Below, piece by piece: positions 61,034 to 64,000 of a stretch of 64,000 nt of DNA; positions within the stretch are counted from its first letter, which is position 1, and each line of letters starts with the position of its first letter. The notes under the pieces are model-generated. The model was not told where the DNA came from. It searched no databases and saw only the letters and a program-made list of their open reading frames with translations. This DNA comes from Patescibacteria group bacterium. GTDB lineage: Bacteria > Patescibacteriota > UBA1384 > XYA2-FULL-43-10 > 1-14-0-10-43-13. Location: the NCBI GenBank assembly GCA_041649155.1, contig JBAZNP010000001.1, forward strand, positions 558,869-622,868, read 5' to 3'. The position numbers and the translations under genes were made by a program.

Positions 61034-62047
61034 ATGGAATTGTTGATGATTTCGACTTATGATTTAACAAAAATGTTCTGGCTTGCATTGCTTGCTTTTA
61101 TAATAGCAATTGCATGGACGCCGATTTTAACTAATTTTTTATACAAAAATAAGATCGGAAAGAGGATCAGAAATGGCAAAGACACTCCGATTTTCTCAAA
61201 ATTGCATGAAAAGAAAAATGGGACTCCAACAATGGGTGGAATTTTAATATGGGTAACAGCGGCGATTTTGACTTTAATTTTCAATCTTGAACGAACTGCT
61301 ACATGGCTGCCTCTGTTTTGTTTGGTCTCCGTCGGAATTGTTGGAGCTGTTGATGATCTGTGGAATGTTCAAGGGAAAGGGCCAAATGGCGGAGGAATGC
61401 GTTTCAGGCAGAAATTCATCTTATATACTGCCATTGCAGCTGCTGGTGCATGGTGGTTTTATGAAAAATTGGGTTGGAATTCCATACATATTCCAAGTTC
61501 AGGAGATTTTGTAATTGGTCTTTGGTATGTTCCTCTTTTCATACTCGGGCTAGTTTGGATGGCTTTTTCTTCAAATGAAACCGATGGGCTTGATGGCTTG
61601 GCAGGTGGAATTTTTGCATTGTCATATGGAGCCTACGCTATAATTTGTTTAGTTGAAGGAAAGTCTGAATTAGCTGCTTTTTGCGCCACTATAATGGGCG
61701 GTCTTCTGGCATTTTTATGGTTTAACATTCCTCCAGCCCGCTTTTTTATGGGCGATACAGGTTCAATGGCACTAGGAATGACATTGGGCGTGATTGCCTT
61801 TTTAACTAATACAATTGTCATATTGCCGATCATTACAATTGTTTTCCTAATAGAAGGCTTAAGCTTCATAATTCAGTTTACTTCCAAAAAATTACGAAAC
61901 GGAAAAAAAGTCTTTTTATCATCGCCAATCCATCATCATTTTGAAGCGATAGGTTGGCCCGAGCATAAAATTACAATGCGTTTTTGGATTATTGGGGCGG
62001 TTGGGGCGGTAGCCGGCCTTATTTTAGCTATCGTTGGACGGGGATAG
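61034..62047 (+). CDS. mraY: Phospho-MurNAc-pentapeptide transferase
   Basis: KNGTPTMGG, DD, TDGLDG, FMGDTGS, PIHHHFE. Confidence 0.96.
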   Translation: MELLMISTYDLTKMFWLALLAFIIAIAWTPILTNFLYKNKIGKRIRNGKDTPIFSKLHEKKNGTPTMGGILIWVTAAILTLIFNLERTATWLPLFCLVSVGIVGAVDDLWNVQGKGPNGGGMRFRQKFILYTAIAAAGAWWFYEKLGWNSIHIPSSGDFVIGLWYVPLFILGLVWMAFSSNETDGLDGLAGGIFALSYGAYAIICLVEGKSELAAFCATIMGGLLAFLWFNIPPARFFMGDTGSMALGMTLGVIAFLTNTIVILPIITIVFLIEGLSFIIQFTSKKLRNGKKVFLSSPIHHHFEAIGWPEHKITMRFWIIGAVGAVAGLILAIVGRG

Positions 62048-62085
62048 CCCTAGAAATATTAAGTAATTTGGCCTAGAATATAACT

Positions 62086-63516
62086 ATGAGCAATCTCGAT
62101 TTAAAAGATAAAAAGGTCGCTATTTTGGGGTTAGGCATTGAAGGCATGGCTCTTTTGAAGTATCTCGATGGCAAAACTTCAAATATAACTATTCTGGATC
62201 GTCTTTCTGTTTCGGAAATTATTCAAAATTTAGAAGAAGGCGAAAGAGCTGACGCAGAAAACCTGATCAGAAAATATAAAATCATATCCGGTGAAAAATA
62301 TATGGATGATCTTTCTGGTTTTGACGTAGTATTTCGTTCTCCTGGTATTTCCATTAACCATCCCAAATTACAAGAAGCTGAAGAAAAAGGTGCAATCATT
62401 TCCAGTCAGATTAAACTGTTTTTCGATCTTTGTCCGGCCATGATTATCGGCGTAACCGGAACTAAGGGAAAGGGAACGACTTCTTCTTTAATATTTGAAA
62501 TATTAAAGAAGAGTTCTCAGTTCTCAGTTCTCAGTTCTCAGTCAAATCCCAACGTTTATATTGCCGGCAATATTGGTTATCCTGCTATAACGTTGATACC
62601 TCAATTGAAAAGTGATGATATTGTCATACTTGAACTCTCTAGTTTTCAGTTGATGGATTTGGAAAAGAGTCCTCATATGGCGGTTGTCACCAACCTGACA
62701 GTTGATCATCTGGACTATCATAAAGATGTTGATGAATATCAAGATGCAAAGAAAAGTATCTTAAAATTTCAGAGCAAAAATGATTTCGCTGTATTGAATA
62801 GTGACTCAACATTTGATTCTGACTTTATTAATAATGAGACAAGATCCAGTATTAAATATTTTTCTCATACCGAAGATAAAGACGCCGTAGTTAAGGACGG
62901 AAAAGTAGTTTTGGATCCAAAAAACAAAAGTATTACGATTTGTGACGAAAATAATATCAAACTTTTTGGGCGGCATAATCTTGAAAATATTGCTGCAGCT
63001 TCCATTGTCGCTGAGATATTAGGAGTTGATTTTGATGTTATTAAAAAAGTTGTGGCTGAATTTAAAGGTCTGCCTCATCGTCTGGAGTTGGTTTCTGAGA
63101 TTGATGGCATCAAATTTATCAATGATTCTTTCGCCACTAATCCCGAACCAACAATTGCTGCTGTGGATTCATTTTCCGAAAATAAAGTTCTAATACTCGG
63201 CGGAAGCAGCAAAGGTGCAAATTTTGATGAATTATCAAAAAAAATTGTTAAGTCCAATGTTTCTAGTGTAGTGACAATTGGGATTGAGGGAGAAAAAATT
63301 GAAAATTCACTTAGTAAGAATAAGTATGACGGCACGATAATTCAAGGTGGAAATTCAATTGAAGAAATTATCGTTAATGCCAAAAAACTAGCAAAAAGTG
63401 GAGACGTTATTATTTTTTCTCCTGCCTGTGCCAGTTTTGATATGTTTAAAAATTATAAAGATAGAGGTGAGAAGTTTAAGGACAGTGTCCTTAAACTTCA
63501 GAATCATGAATCATGA
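62086..63516 (+). CDS. murD: UDP-MurNAc-L-Ala--D-Glu ligase
   Basis: GLGIEG, SPGI, TGTKGKGTT, ELSSFQL, DHLDYH, HRLE, SPACASFD. Confidence 0.96.
   Translation: MSNLDLKDKKVAILGLGIEGMALLKYLDGKTSNITILDRLSVSEIIQNLEEGERADAENLIRKYKIISGEKYMDDLSGFDVVFRSPGISINHPKLQEAEEKGAIISSQIKLFFDLCPAMIIGVTGTKGKGTTSSLIFEILKKSSQFSVLSSQSNPNVYIAGNIGYPAITLIPQLKSDDIVILELSSFQLMDLEKSPHMAVVTNLTVDHLDYHKDVDEYQDAKKSILKFQSKNDFAVLNSDSTFDSDFINNETRSSIKYFSHTEDKDAVVKDGKVVLDPKNKSITICDENNIKLFGRHNLENIAAASIVAEILGVDFDVIKKVVAEFKGLPHRLELVSEIDGIKFINDSFATNPEPTIAAVDSFSENKVLILGGSSKGANFDELSKKIVKSNVSSVVTIGIEGEKIENSLSKNKYDGTIIQGGNSIEEIIVNAKKLAKSGDVIIFSPACASFDMFKNYKDRGEKFKDSVLKLQNHES
62512..62543 (+). repeat. Heptamer tandem repeat (AGTTCTC)x4 inside murD
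   Basis: Read directly from the sequence. Confidence 0.9.
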
Positions 63517-63589
63517 ATTAGGAATTAAGCAGGTTGTTTTATTCTTATCAAATACATGATTCATAATTCGTAATTCATTATTCTAAACC

Positions 63590-64000
63590 ATGAATCAAAC
63601 TCAAAAAACAAAACAGGATTATTTAATTTCTCTCGCTGTTTTTGCTTTGGCTGCTTTCGGTTTAATAATGATCTATTCTGTTTCGAAGTATTATTCATTA
63701 CAGGTAACCAACGAGGCCACAGATAAATATTTTCTTCTTAAACAGTTGAAATTTCTAATAGTAGGCATTTTCGCGTGGATGATTTTTCAGTCAATTGATT
63801 ACAGATTTTGGCAAAAAAAATCAGGTTTAATGCTTTTTATTACCTTTGGCCTACTTCTTTTGCCATTTTTACCTTTTGGCCATGGCGGCGGCGTGGGAGA
63901 AAGGTGGATAAACTTAGGATTTGTTAATTTTCAACCTTCTGAAGTTGCAAAATTAACCTTAATTTTTTATCTTGCCGGGTGGTTTTCAAGTCAGGGTGAA
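63590..64000 (+). CDS. ftsW: FtsW/SEDS protein, truncated by the window edge
   Basis: FGLIMIYS, RWINLG, FQPSEVAK; follows murD. Confidence 0.92.
   Translation, partial: MNQTQKTKQDYLISLAVFALAAFGLIMIYSVSKYYSLQVTNEATDKYFLLKQLKFLIVGIFAWMIFQSIDYRFWQKKSGLMLFITFGLLLLPFLPFGHGGGVGERWINLGFVNFQPSEVAKLTLIFYLAGWFSSQGE

Overview
64-kb window of a low-GC bacterial chromosome with the hallmarks of a Patescibacteria (CPR) organism: divergent 16S rRNA, fermentative metabolism (pgk, fba, gpmI, group 3b NiFe hydrogenase), ten type IV pilin-like genes plus a PilX-like gene, and a dcw cluster lacking rsmH and murE. The rRNA operon is unlinked: 16S (about 18.6-20.0 kb) and 23S-5S (about 42.2-45.4 kb) are about 22 kb apart, and the interval is bracketed by a 46-bp direct repeat. 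The most striking unexplained structure is a set of several families of short palindromic elements. They are scattered, nested inside each other and inserted in frame into proteins (HydB, GlyRS, MutM and especially prepilin leader peptides). Three small nuclease-like genes sit with their own repeat types: a GxxExxY gene between 35-bp inverted repeats with an empty MITE-like copy elsewhere, a PaaX/Cas2-like gene between identical 40-bp palindromic direct repeats with a solo copy elsewhere, and a GIY-YIG gene behind a tRNA. Other oddities are a histidine kinase split at an A_AAA_AAG slippery site, an unannotated 17-aa Cys-rich micropeptide behind PadR, an orphan HydG, a tandem two-domain CsrA, a fossil mutM start, and an apparent ATA start for gpmI. 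All calls come from reading motifs by eye; no database searches were run, and RNA gene ends are approximate.
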